From the sequence record DRR723986_17763: DNA of 51,601 nucleotides. The stretch is one strand, 5' to 3'. A program made the translations under genes and the position numbers. This document shows positions 9,638 through 19,508 of the stretch, one piece after another. A model generated the notes under the pieces. The model worked only from the letters and a program-made list of their open reading frames with translations. It was not told the origin of the DNA and did not search any database. Numbering within the stretch: position 1 is the stretch's first letter; every line of letters begins with the position of its first letter.

Positions 9638-10372
9638 ATGAAAAAGAAGCCATTCACGGTTGTCTATGAAGACAACCACCTTTTGATAGTAAATAAAGCT
9701 GCCGGCATACTCGTGCAGGGAGATAAGACTGGGGATAAGACCTTGACGGATTACCTCAAAGAATACATTGCTAAGAAATACGATAAACCAGGCGCAGTTT
9801 TTCTTCATCCTATTCACAGACTGGATCGTCCGGTAAGTGGATTGGTAGCTTTTGCCCGAACTTCCAAAGGCCTGGAGCGCATGATGGAGATTTTCCGCAA
9901 GCGAGAAATTCATAAAGTTTATTGGGCTTTGGTGAAAAGAAAACCGAGAGAGGAAAGCGGTAAGCTGACACATTACCTCGTTAAAGACGAGCAGAAAAAT
10001 GTAGTGACAGCTCATGATCGAGAAGTCCCAGGTTCCCAAAAAGCTGAGTTGAATTACAAGACACTTGGTTTTATGAATGACCACTGGTTGATCGAAGTTC
10101 GACCTGTTTCAGGTCGCCCGCATCAAATCCGGGTACAGCTTGCATCTATGGGTTGCCCGATTCGTGGAGATATCAAGTATGGCTTTGCGAAGCCTAATCC
10201 AGATGCGAGTATCAACCTACATGCATTCAATCTGGTATTTGTTCATCCAATCAAAAAGGAGAAGCTTTACCTAAGAGCTGCTGTGCCAGAGGAGGAGTTC
10301 TGGGAGCAATTCTTGGAATTCGAAACCATCAAGACGAAAGACCAGCATTTAGATAATTCCTTTAGCGGATAA
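9638..10372 (+). CDS. RluA family RNA pseudouridine synthase
   Basis: VNKAAG, HRLDRPVSG, SGRPHQIRVQL, GDIKYG. Confidence 0.93.
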   Translation: MKKKPFTVVYEDNHLLIVNKAAGILVQGDKTGDKTLTDYLKEYIAKKYDKPGAVFLHPIHRLDRPVSGLVAFARTSKGLERMMEIFRKREIHKVYWALVKRKPREESGKLTHYLVKDEQKNVVTAHDREVPGSQKAELNYKTLGFMNDHWLIEVRPVSGRPHQIRVQLASMGCPIRGDIKYGFAKPNPDASINLHAFNLVFVHPIKKEKLYLRAAVPEEEFWEQFLEFETIKTKDQHLDNSFSG

Positions 10373-10379
10373 CTACATA

Positions 10380-10408
10380 ACCTTCGGGATTTCATTAATC
10401 TCGGAGGT
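10380..10408. repeat. REP-like hairpin / possible terminator after rluA-family gene
   Basis: ACCTTCGGGATT-TCATT-AATCTCGGAGGT, 12-bp stem with G-U pairs. Confidence 0.5.
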
Positions 10409-10566
10409 ATTTTATTTACCGCAGTGAACGCGGAGTTTTACGCAGAGAAGCGCTGAGTTTAGTAGCCTTTAGTTCTTCTTTTTCTATTCTCGCTATTTTT
10501 TTCTTCTGACTTTTCATTTTTCATACATGACTAAAATTCATTTAAAGAATTCTTTAACTTTTCACT

Positions 10567-11064
10567 ATGAAATACATACTCCTGTTTTTAATTGTATCCT
10601 TAGCCGCCGCTTGCTCCAGTAAGCAACAGCCAAAAACCATCTACATCGTCCGCCATGCTGAAAAGCAGTTAACCGGGAATGATCCTGAACTATTGCTTGC
10701 TGGAGATGTACGAGCAAGAAAGCTTGCACAGATTCTAGCGGATCAAAAGATCACTCATATATTCAGTACCGACTATAATCGAACCCGATTGACAGCGGCC
10801 CCCACTGCAAGTGAGGCAGGAATTGAAATAGAAATTTACGATCCAAAGAATCATGATGCGTTAGTCGAACAACTTAGAAGCCTAGAAGGAAACATCTTGG
10901 TAGTTGGTCATAGTAATACAGTGGGAAAGGTTGCCAACTATTTTGTAGGAGACGGTGAGAAATTCCAGGATTTAGAGGATTCAGAGTACAATTTTATCTA
11001 TGAGGTAACTTTAGAAAAAGATGGCAATTCCGTTGTGGTAAGGAAGACATATAAAGATTATTGA
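10567..11064 (+). CDS. Histidine phosphatase (SixA/phosphoglycerate mutase superfamily) lipoprotein
   Basis: Lipobox AAAC, VRHAEK, RTRLTA, VGHSNT. Confidence 0.85.
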   Translation: MKYILLFLIVSLAAACSSKQQPKTIYIVRHAEKQLTGNDPELLLAGDVRARKLAQILADQKITHIFSTDYNRTRLTAAPTASEAGIEIEIYDPKNHDALVEQLRSLEGNILVVGHSNTVGKVANYFVGDGEKFQDLEDSEYNFIYEVTLEKDGNSVVVRKTYKDY

Positions 11065-11150
11065 TTTTGGTAAGTCAGTAGCTTGTAAAATTCATTCAAT
11101 CCTCTCTTTTCCGATTTTTTCCCTACCTTAAAATCTATATTTTAAATTCT

Positions 11151-12716
11151 ATGAATCGCCCAGAAAACCTCAGCCAGCTACAAGACACAACTAAAATTTG
11201 GGACATTGCCGTCATAGGCGGAGGCTCTTCTGGATTAGGAGTGGCCTTGGATGCCATCTCAAGAGGTCTGTCGGTCGTTCTTTTTGAAAAAGCTGATTTT
11301 GCCAAAGGTACCTCAAGTCGAAGTACCAAACTCGTACATGGAGGAGTGAGGTATCTTGCTCAGGGCGATGTGGGGTTAGTGTTCGAAGCACTCAAAGAGC
11401 GTGGTAAGCTATTGCAAAATGCCCCTCACTTAGCCCATGACCAACCTTTTATTATCCCGATTTATACCTGGAAGGACCGCATGATGTATAGTGTCGGCCT
11501 GAAGGTTTACGATTGGATGTCTGGCAGATTGAGTCTTGGCAAGTCAGAATTTATTTCTGTTGAAGAAACTCTCAGACGTCTTCCGGGATTGAAACCAGAT
11601 GGTCTTTATGGTGGAGTAGTCTATCACGACGGGCAGTTTGATGACGCAAGACTCGCGCTGAATATTGCCCAGTCGGCAGATGAAGCTGGCACTTGCGTGT
11701 TGAATTATGTCAGTGTGAATAGTTTGGTGAAAAATGAGGCTGGAAAGATTACCGGATTGAATGTTTCGGATAAACTGACCAGAGAAAAGTATTTAGTCAA
11801 TGCAAAAATGGTGGTGAATGCTACAGGAGTTTTTGCGGATAAAATTTTACAGATGGATAATCCTGAGGCTGCAAGAATGATTCAGCCTAGTCAAGGAATC
11901 CATTTGGTTTTAGATCTTGATTTTCTAGGTGGAAAAGACGCCCTGATGATCCCTGAAACGAAAGATGGAAGAGTGCTTTTTGCTGTTCCATGGCATGGAA
12001 AGCTCGTGGTTGGAACTACCGACACGCTTCGTGAAAAGCCAAAATTAGAACCTGAGGCACTTCAGAAGGAAATAGATTTTGTGCTGGAAACTGCTGCAGG
12101 ATATTTGGCTAAAAAACCTACAAGAGCAGATGTAAAGTCGGTTTTCGCAGGTCTTAGACCACTTGCTAGACCAAAAGAAGGAAGTACGAAAACCAAAGAG
12201 ATTTCACGCTCTCATAAAGTGATTTTATCAGAAAGCGGATTGGTTACTTTGACTGGAGGTAAATGGACTACATTCCGGAAAATGGGTGAAGATACAGTGG
12301 AGTATTTCACAAAAGTCACTGGTGAAAAACTGAGAGACAGTAAGTCTCTGGATATGAAAATCCATGGGGCAACCAACCGTGTTCCTGAAGGTCACTGGGG
12401 AATTTATGGGTTTGATGCCAAGCCTATCCAAGACCTCATAAAGGAAAACAAAACTTGGGAAGCAAAGCTGCATCCTGATTTCCCCAATATAGAGGCAGAA
12501 GTGATCTGGGCTGTGCGTGAAGAGATGGCGGTGAAGGTGGAGGATGTATTGGCCAGAAGAATACGAATGCTATTCCTAGATGCACAGGCTTCCATAGATT
12601 CGGCTCCTACAGTAGCTAGGTTGATGGCTGCTGAATTGGAGAAAGACGAAGCATGGATAGAATCTGAATTGGCTGACTTTAATAGGACAGCTTCGAAATA
12701 TTTGATTAAAAAATAA
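11151..12716 (+). CDS. glpD: Glycerol-3-phosphate dehydrogenase/oxidase (FAD)
   Basis: GGGSSG, GTSSRSTKLVHGGVRYL, DGQFDDARL, GGKWTT; adjacent to glpK. Confidence 0.95.
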   Translation: MNRPENLSQLQDTTKIWDIAVIGGGSSGLGVALDAISRGLSVVLFEKADFAKGTSSRSTKLVHGGVRYLAQGDVGLVFEALKERGKLLQNAPHLAHDQPFIIPIYTWKDRMMYSVGLKVYDWMSGRLSLGKSEFISVEETLRRLPGLKPDGLYGGVVYHDGQFDDARLALNIAQSADEAGTCVLNYVSVNSLVKNEAGKITGLNVSDKLTREKYLVNAKMVVNATGVFADKILQMDNPEAARMIQPSQGIHLVLDLDFLGGKDALMIPETKDGRVLFAVPWHGKLVVGTTDTLREKPKLEPEALQKEIDFVLETAAGYLAKKPTRADVKSVFAGLRPLARPKEGSTKTKEISRSHKVILSESGLVTLTGGKWTTFRKMGEDTVEYFTKVTGEKLRDSKSLDMKIHGATNRVPEGHWGIYGFDAKPIQDLIKENKTWEAKLHPDFPNIEAEVIWAVREEMAVKVEDVLARRIRMLFLDAQASIDSAPTVARLMAAELEKDEAWIESELADFNRTASKYLIKK

Positions 12717-12733
12717 CCCACAAATAACCCAAA

Positions 12734-14233
12734 ATGAGCCAAAATAATACCTATATAATGGCTCTAGACCAAGGTACTACAAGTTCTAGAGCCATTCTTT
12801 TTGATAACAAAGGCAAGATTATCTCAGTCGCCCAAAAGGATTTTAAGCAACATTTCCCAAAAGCAGGTTGGGTAGAGCACGATCCGGATGAAATCTGGAC
12901 TTCCCAGTCATCTGTGATGATTGAATCCCTGGTCAATAAAAAAATCAAAGCAAATCAGGTGGCTGCCATTGGTATCACCAATCAGCGGGAAACGACTATT
13001 GTTTGGGATAGAAAAACAGGCAAAGCGATTTATAACGCCATCGTCTGGCAAGATCGCCGAACTGCCAATTACTGTAACGAGCTGAAGGATAAGGGACATT
13101 CTGAAATGGTAGTTTCCAAGACAGGTTTGATCATTGACGCGTATTTTTCTGCCACCAAAATCAAATGGATTCTAGATAATGTAGATGGAGCAAGAAAAAA
13201 AGCTGAAGCTGGTGAACTTGCTTTTGGAACGGTAGATTCCTGGCTGATTTGGAACCTCACTTCCGGCAAAACGCATATCACAGATATCACAAATGCCAGC
13301 CGTACCATGCTTTTCAATATTCATTCGCAGGAATGGGATCAGGAGTTGATGGATTTGTTTGAGATTCCAGCATCGCTCTTACCTGAAGTAAAATCATGTA
13401 GTGAAGTCTATTGCGAAACTGCTGGAGATGTTTTAAGTGTAAAAATCCCCATCGCTGGAATTGCCGGGGATCAGCAGGCTGCCCTTTTCGGGCAACTTTG
13501 TACCGAGCCGGGCATGGCAAAAACCACCTATGGTACGGGATGCTTTTTGGTCATGAATACCGGCTCTGAAGCGGTCAGATCAAAGAATCAATTGCTTACT
13601 ACTGTTGCATGGAAAATCGGAGATGAGATCAATTATGCCTTGGAAGGTTCAGTATTTATTGGCGGAGCAGCTATTCAATGGCTTAGAGATGGAATAGGAC
13701 TTTTGGGTCATGCGAGAGAAAGTGAGCGTTTGGCAGAAAGTATAGATGGAAATGATGGGGTTTACTTCGTTCCTGCACTTTCAGGTTTGGGGGCACCGCA
13801 TTGGGATCAAAATGCCAGAGGAGCTTTTTTTGGAATCACCAGAGGTACAGAGAAAGCGCATATGGCTAGGGCGGCTTTGGAAGCAATTGCTTACCAAGTT
13901 TATGATGTGCTAAAAGCTATGGAAAAGGATGCCGGCAAGCCAACCAAAGAACTTCGTGTAGACGGTGGGGCTACAGCCAATAATTTTCTGATGCAGTTTC
14001 AGGCAAACTTGCTGGATTGCGAAATCAAACGACCAGAGATTATCGAGACCACAGCTATTGGAGCAGCATTTTTGGCGGGCTTAGCAATTGGGTTTTGGGA
14101 GGATCGAGATGAAATCCAAGAGCTATGGAATGCTGATAAAAGCTTTATTCCAAGTATGGAAAAAACAGATCGAGATAAATTGATACATTTTTGGCACAAA
14201 GCGGTGGAGCGCTCAAAAAACTGGGTTGAATAA
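12734..14233 (+). CDS. glpK: Glycerol kinase
   Basis: [39 protein letters not shown]. Confidence 0.97.
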   Translation: MSQNNTYIMALDQGTTSSRAILFDNKGKIISVAQKDFKQHFPKAGWVEHDPDEIWTSQSSVMIESLVNKKIKANQVAAIGITNQRETTIVWDRKTGKAIYNAIVWQDRRTANYCNELKDKGHSEMVVSKTGLIIDAYFSATKIKWILDNVDGARKKAEAGELAFGTVDSWLIWNLTSGKTHITDITNASRTMLFNIHSQEWDQELMDLFEIPASLLPEVKSCSEVYCETAGDVLSVKIPIAGIAGDQQAALFGQLCTEPGMAKTTYGTGCFLVMNTGSEAVRSKNQLLTTVAWKIGDEINYALEGSVFIGGAAIQWLRDGIGLLGHARESERLAESIDGNDGVYFVPALSGLGAPHWDQNARGAFFGITRGTEKAHMARAALEAIAYQVYDVLKAMEKDAGKPTKELRVDGGATANNFLMQFQANLLDCEIKRPEIIETTAIGAAFLAGLAIGFWEDRDEIQELWNADKSFIPSMEKTDRDKLIHFWHKAVERSKNWVE

Positions 14234-14967
14234 TGAATGTATATCTAGCAGAATTAATAGGAACAGGTCTGTTACTATTATTGGGTTCAGGAGTTGTTGC
14301 GAACATGCTTTTACCAAAAACCAAAGGTCATGGTGGAGGAATCATGGAGATTAGTACGGCTTGGGCTTTGGCAGTTTATGTTGGGGTAGTGGTAGCAGGG
14401 CCATACAGTGGCGCGCACTTGAATCCAGCGGTAACTGTCGGGCTCGCTTTGACAGGGCAATTTGAATGGGCGATGGCGCCGGGATATATTATTGCTCAGG
14501 TTTTGGGGGCAATGATTGGAGTTGGAATAGCTTGGCTGTTCTATAAGGATCATTACGATGCTTCGGATGATGCAGGATTGAAGGCTGCGCCATTTGGCAC
14601 TTCTCCTGCGATAAGAAACCTGCCTTTAAATTTCTTTTCGGAGGTAGTTGGGACTTTTGTCCTGATTTTAGTGATCCTCTATAATGATGGAGTGGAAATA
14701 GGAGACAGCAATAAAACTCCGATAGGCATGGGTTCTCTGGGAGCAATTCCCGTTGCATTTTTGGTTTGGGTAATCGGCTTGGCTTTAGGTGGAACTACTG
14801 GTTACGCCATCAACCCTGCCCGTGATTTTGGTCCAAGACTCATGCACTCCATTTTGCCGATAAAAGACAAAGGAAGTTCTGATTGGGGTTATTCCTGGGT
14901 CCCGGTTTTAGGGCCAATTGTAGGTGCGGCACTCGCAGCGGGACTGTTTTTGGTGGCGGGATCTTGA
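14233..14967 (+). CDS. glpF: Glycerol uptake facilitator (MIP aquaglyceroporin)
   Basis: SGAHLNPAVT and AINPARD motifs; in glp operon. Confidence 0.93.
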   Translation: MNVYLAELIGTGLLLLLGSGVVANMLLPKTKGHGGGIMEISTAWALAVYVGVVVAGPYSGAHLNPAVTVGLALTGQFEWAMAPGYIIAQVLGAMIGVGIAWLFYKDHYDASDDAGLKAAPFGTSPAIRNLPLNFFSEVVGTFVLILVILYNDGVEIGDSNKTPIGMGSLGAIPVAFLVWVIGLALGGTTGYAINPARDFGPRLMHSILPIKDKGSSDWGYSWVPVLGPIVGAALAAGLFLVAGS

Positions 14968-15028
14968 TTAATTCTGGAAATTATCTTCGAATACTAAATC
15001 CCATTTTATCGCCAAAAATGTAATTTCA

Positions 15029-15074
15029 GTGATCGTAATCACCAGAAATACGTCTATTTGGTGATTACGATCAC
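15029..15074. repeat. Inverted doublet of a short palindrome (REP-like)
   Basis: GTGATCGTAATCACCA / TGGTGATTACGATCAC perfect 16-bp inverted repeat. Confidence 0.6.
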
Positions 15075-15095
15075 CGAATATCCGTTTCTAATGAT

Positions 15096-15128
15096 AAAAG
15101 CCTGAAATCTTCACGATCTCAGGCTTTT
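15096..15128. terminator. Bidirectional intrinsic terminator between glpF and acyl-CoA dehydrogenase
   Basis: AAAAGCCTGA...TCAGGCTTTT between convergent genes. Confidence 0.75.
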
Positions 15129-15149
15129 CTCATTTTGATTAAATAAAGA

Positions 15150-16292
15150 TTATTTCAATATCTCCCGGGCAATTACCATCTTTTGTATTTCTGAAGTTCC
15201 TTCTCCAATGGTACAAAGCTTGGAGTCACGGTAGAATTTCTCCACTGGATAGTCTTTGGTAAAACCATATCCACCAAAGATTTGGACCGCATCATTGGAA
15301 ACGGACACAGCCACTTCAGAAGAAAAATATTTTGCTTGAGCTCCAGCCAAAGTCACTTTTTCTCCTCGGTTTTTGAGATCAGCGGCTTTAAAGATTAACA
15401 GGCTGGAAGCCTCAACCTGAGTTGCCATATCAGCAAGCTTAAAGGAAATGCCTTGAAAGGAGCTGATAGGCTTATTGAATTGATGTCTTTCTTTTGAATA
15501 TTGAATAGATGCTTCCAATGCTCCTTCGGCAATACCTTGGCCTAATGCTGCAATGGAAATTCTCCCACCATCCAGAATCTTCATGGATTGAATAAAGCCA
15601 TCTCCAACTTCGCCTAATACCTGACTTTCGTGAACAATGCAATCATCGAAAAGCATCTCAGCAGTTTCCGAAGCGCGCATACCCAGCTTATCTTCTTTTC
15701 TTCCGCCTTTGAATCCTGGAGTGCCTCGCTCTACGATAAAGGCAGTCATTCCATGGGAATCACCGATTTCACCAGTTCGTGCGATCACTACAGCTACGTC
15801 GCCAGAGACACCATGTGTAATGAAGTTTTTAGCACCGTTGATAATCCAAGAATCACCTTCTTTCTTGGCGACAGTTCTCATATTACCGGCATCAGAACCG
15901 GTATTGGGCTCTGTCAGGCCCCAAGCGCCTAGCCATTCGCATGTGGCAAGTTTGGGCAAGTATTTTTTCTTTTGCTCTTCATTTCCAAACATCATAATAT
16001 GCCCAGAACAAAGCGAATTATGAGCTGCCATAGAGAGGCCTATAGATGGGTCAAGCTTGGAAAGCTCCACGATAGCGGTGACATATTCTAAGTATCCAAA
16101 ACCAGAGCCTCCATATTCAGTAGGAATCAAAACTCCCATGAGTCCGAGTTCGCCTAATTTTTTAAAAAGATCTATGGGGAAATGCGACCTATCATCCCAA
16201 TCCTTGCGAAAAGGGGTGATTTCTTTGGCTCCAAAATCACGAATCATCTCTGCGATCATCCGCTGATTTTCATTTTGATTAAAATCTAACAT
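15150..16292 (-). CDS. Acyl-CoA dehydrogenase
   Basis: LTEPNTGSDA, INGAKNFIT, QIFGGYG, IGEGTSEIQ. Confidence 0.95.
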   Translation of the reverse strand: MLDFNQNENQRMIAEMIRDFGAKEITPFRKDWDDRSHFPIDLFKKLGELGLMGVLIPTEYGGSGFGYLEYVTAIVELSKLDPSIGLSMAAHNSLCSGHIMMFGNEEQKKKYLPKLATCEWLGAWGLTEPNTGSDAGNMRTVAKKEGDSWIINGAKNFITHGVSGDVAVVIARTGEIGDSHGMTAFIVERGTPGFKGGRKEDKLGMRASETAEMLFDDCIVHESQVLGEVGDGFIQSMKILDGGRISIAALGQGIAEGALEASIQYSKERHQFNKPISSFQGISFKLADMATQVEASSLLIFKAADLKNRGEKVTLAGAQAKYFSSEVAVSVSNDAVQIFGGYGFTKDYPVEKFYRDSKLCTIGEGTSEIQKMVIAREILK

Positions 16293-16530
16293 GTTTAGCT
16301 ATTTGGGTTTATCGTCTCTTATTAAGAACCCTAAGATTCAGAAATAGTTTGGAATCAGCAAATTGAAGGATTCCATACTAAATTTTATTTTTAACTCTTT
16401 CTCAATCAGATAAATAAGCTTAGAGAGAAATAATCTTAGTATTCTATCTTCATTTAAATTAAACTCCACTTATAATAGAACCTTGCTAGAGAAATTTTTT
16501 TTGACTTATTTCCCACCAAACCAATTGTTT

Positions 16531-18471
16531 ATGAATTCATTTTACCGGTTCCTTGGAGTTTTTTCTATTCTTCTATATACGCAGTTTCTCTCTGCGCAGA
16601 CAACTTCAGAGTTGTTAGACAGCCTCAAAACGGAACTTTCTAAAGCTAAAACCGCCAATGATCGTTCTTTAATACTCTCAGAACTGACTTGGTATTATGT
16701 GCCAGTTTCTCAGGATACGGCAATTCTATTTGGAGAGGAAAACATTAAAGTAGCAAAGTCACTCGATGATGCCGCCGTGCTTAGCCAGGCTTACAGCGAT
16801 TTGGCTTATGCAAATATGGAAAAAGGTGAGTTGATAGAAGCAAAGAAGAATTATCAAGAGGCCTTGAAATTACGCTATCAAACGGGTGATTCTACAAAAA
16901 TTTACGGCACGATTACAAATCTCGGATCAGTGTATCAGCGGGATTTCCAATCAGACTCTGCCATGGTGAATTACCTTAAAGCTCTAAGTTTTTTTGAACG
17001 GACTGGGAATGAGCGTAATGCTGACTTTGTGCGAAATAACATTGGTGTGATTTATCTGGAAATGAGGAATTATCCCAAGGCTTTGGAGATACTGCAGAAG
17101 GTCGCAGAATATAGGAAGGCTCAGAATGTAGACTACTTATATGCTTCTACACTTACCAACATTGCCAGTATTTATAAAAACCTAAAGGACTATCAGAACT
17201 CAGAAAAAACTTATTTAGAAGCATTGCAGATTTTCATAGAAGAGGGTGATGACTACTACACCGCGACTACTTATAATAATCTTGCAACCCTCTACAATGC
17301 CCAAAAATATAGCAAGCTTGCCATTTCCTTTGCAGAAAAGGGATTGGAACTCGCAGCTCAGGTAGGGGCAGATTACGACTATGCTTTATTGGAATCAAAT
17401 CTTGCGCAGTCTTACCATGACCTCAAAGATTACCCTCAATCCCGGGAGTTTTACCTACGTGCTTTGTCCCACTTCAAAGCCCAAAATGCGGAAGATGATA
17501 TAGCTACCATGTATCTTTTGATGTCCCCGGTGTATGCAGCGCTGGGTATGCCTGACAGCTCGGCGTATTACACTCAAGCCTATTCTGATCTGAACAAGAA
17601 GCTTACCGAGCAGGAAATACAGCAGCTCACGTCTGATCTGGAAGCTCGCTACCAGTCTGAGCAAAAAGATGCTGCTATTTCCCGACAGCGACTCGAACTT
17701 CGAAATAAGAATTTTCAGCTTTACGGATCTTTGGTTTTAGCAGTAGTCTTAGGTGTAGTAGGATACTTGCTTTACAGCCAGCAAAAACTTAAGAATCGTC
17801 AGCTAGCTCAGGAAGGGGAGTTGAAAATTGCTTTGGCACAAATAGAAACGCAGAATAAACTTCAGGAACAGCGGATGTTGATTTCGAGAGATCTTCATGA
17901 CAATATAGGTGCGCAACTTACTTTTATCATTTCTGCAATCGAAAATCTCAAGTACTTTGACCCGATCAAGGATACGCTTTCTCATAGATATGACTCCATT
18001 GCAGATTTCACCAAGCAAACTATTACCGAGCTGCGGGACACGATCTGGGCGATGAACTCAGGACAAATTACCTTGGGTCAGCTTTCCGCTAGAATTTCAG
18101 ATTACCTAGAGAGAGCTGGAGTTTCTACACGCGGAATCACCTTTGATTTTGATATAGAAAAAAGTCTGGATCCCAATTTTAGCATGGTTTCATCCGAAGG
18201 AATTCAGATTTACAGAATAGTACAGGAGGCGATACAAAATGCTCTCAAATATGCTTATCCAAGCCAAATTACTGTGGCTGTAGCTCAGATTGGTAAGGGT
18301 TTCCAACTGGTGGTAAAGGATGATGGGACAGGGTTTGAAGAGTCACAGGTGAAGGCTGGAAATGGGTTGTACAATATGCGAAAGCGTGCCGAAGAGCTTG
18401 GAGGAAAGCTCGAGATACAATCAAAAACCGGCAAAGGCACATCCGTTACACTTTTAATTCCGAAAAAGTAA
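16531..18471 (+). CDS. TPR-repeat sensor histidine kinase (HisKA_3/NarX-like)
   Basis: Signal peptide, TPR repeats, single TM, ISRDLHDNIG H-box, QEAIQNALKY, DDGTGF, GNGL; start moved to ATG 16531. Confidence 0.9.
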   Translation: MNSFYRFLGVFSILLYTQFLSAQTTSELLDSLKTELSKAKTANDRSLILSELTWYYVPVSQDTAILFGEENIKVAKSLDDAAVLSQAYSDLAYANMEKGELIEAKKNYQEALKLRYQTGDSTKIYGTITNLGSVYQRDFQSDSAMVNYLKALSFFERTGNERNADFVRNNIGVIYLEMRNYPKALEILQKVAEYRKAQNVDYLYASTLTNIASIYKNLKDYQNSEKTYLEALQIFIEEGDDYYTATTYNNLATLYNAQKYSKLAISFAEKGLELAAQVGADYDYALLESNLAQSYHDLKDYPQSREFYLRALSHFKAQNAEDDIATMYLLMSPVYAALGMPDSSAYYTQAYSDLNKKLTEQEIQQLTSDLEARYQSEQKDAAISRQRLELRNKNFQLYGSLVLAVVLGVVGYLLYSQQKLKNRQLAQEGELKIALAQIETQNKLQEQRMLISRDLHDNIGAQLTFIISAIENLKYFDPIKDTLSHRYDSIADFTKQTITELRDTIWAMNSGQITLGQLSARISDYLERAGVSTRGITFDFDIEKSLDPNFSMVSSEGIQIYRIVQEAIQNALKYAYPSQITVAVAQIGKGFQLVVKDDGTGFEESQVKAGNGLYNMRKRAEELGGKLEIQSKTGKGTSVTLLIPKK

Positions 18472-18512
18472 GGTTCGATCCTGAAAGGATTTGATGGGAT
18501 GAAGCTGGCTAT

Positions 18513-18531
18513 ATAGTCCATTTGCCGTATT
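18513..18531 (+). promoter_or_regulatory. Putative regulator-binding site, copy 1
   Basis: ATAGTCCATTTGCCGTATT, 21 nt upstream of TAGTTTTG (-7 element, 18553-18560). Confidence 0.55.
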
Positions 18532-18585
18532 ACCTTGAGCTGTTGGATTAGCTAGTTTTGAAATGCTCCATCTTTTCATCTTTTA

Positions 18586-18873
18586 ATGGTCTTATCCATT
18601 TTTGAAAATCATTTACTAAGCCTATTAGTGCTTTTGGTTTTGGGCAGTATTGTACTGCTCCATTACTTGCTTTTCCGTGAATATAGGAGGCAGGATAAGA
18701 TTCAGAATAAAAGACTTCAGGAAATGGAAGGCTTGGTTCAAAACGAAATAAAACGCTCCCAAGGACTAAGCAATCAAGTAGGAGAGCTCTCCCAAATCAA
18801 AGAAAAAACACAGGAACAGTTAGATTTAATAAAGCTTCAAGTCGAGGCAGTAAAGAAGGATTCTGAAAATTGA
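18586..18873 (+). CDS. Small single-TM coiled-coil protein
   Basis: N-terminal hydrophobic helix followed by Q/E/K-rich coiled coil; own promoter-like element. Confidence 0.7.
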   Translation: MVLSIFENHLLSLLVLLVLGSIVLLHYLLFREYRRQDKIQNKRLQEMEGLVQNEIKRSQGLSNQVGELSQIKEKTQEQLDLIKLQVEAVKKDSEN

Positions 18874-18906
18874 TAGAATGCAAACCAAGCTAAAATGTAT
18901 TTGTTA

Positions 18907-18925
18907 ATAGTGCGTTTGCCGTATT
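18907..18925 (+). promoter_or_regulatory. Putative regulator-binding site, copy 2
   Basis: ATAGTGCGTTTGCCGTATT (17/19 identical to copy 1), 21 nt upstream of GATTTTTG (18947-18954). Confidence 0.55.
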
Positions 18926-18979
18926 CTTTACTAGTCCGTATTGATTGATTTTTGATTATTCAAAATCAACCAAAAGCAA

Positions 18980-19426
18980 ATGAAAAACTCCAGACTATTA
19001 TTATTCCTTTTTCTCTCACTTTCCATCCTAGCTACTTCCTGCTCAAAAGACGACGATGATCCGGAAGTAGGGGATTGTAGTACAGTGTGTACTGGAACTA
19101 TTGCAAGTGGAGAGACTGCAGGAACAGTGGCGCCTTCTATTGTGGGAAAATATACATTGACCATGCAATACGCTGCTGCCAACAGCCCTTTTCCTGATGG
19201 CACAGTTGGTGAATTTGAAGTGTATTCTGATAATAAACTTTACGCTAAGATCGGTGACAAATGTGTGACGATCAGTAACCCAATTCAAAGTGGTACTGCT
19301 GAAGTTGTATTCAAAGACAACTGCGTATTCAATCTTAAATTTGGTGTTTCAGAGAAAAATGGAGGTGGCTTAAATGAAATTAATATTGGAAGCAACACAG
19401 AGTTTTTAGGGCAATTTCACCTATAA
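18980..19426 (+). CDS. Lipoprotein of unknown function
   Basis: Lipobox ATSC followed by SKDDDD (acidic motif typical of surface-exported Bacteroidota lipoproteins); four further Cys. Confidence 0.8.
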   Translation: MKNSRLLLFLFLSLSILATSCSKDDDDPEVGDCSTVCTGTIASGETAGTVAPSIVGKYTLTMQYAAANSPFPDGTVGEFEVYSDNKLYAKIGDKCVTISNPIQSGTAEVVFKDNCVFNLKFGVSEKNGGGLNEINIGSNTEFLGQFHL

Positions 19427-19454
19427 TTATTTACGAAAATAGGTCTGTTAACAG

Positions 19455-19490
19455 AAAAGGCAGGAGCTAACTCAGAGCTCCTGCCTTTTT
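19455..19490. terminator. Bidirectional intrinsic terminator
   Basis: AAAAGGCAGGAGCT...AGCTCCTGCCTTTTT between convergent genes. Confidence 0.85.
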
Positions 19491-19508
19491 ACTGCTTGTG
19501 ATTTTGTC

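Noticed and set aside
9527-10084. 185-aa ORF on - strand and many other 60-150-aa overlapping ORFs
   Set aside because: Antisense or out-of-frame to well-supported genes
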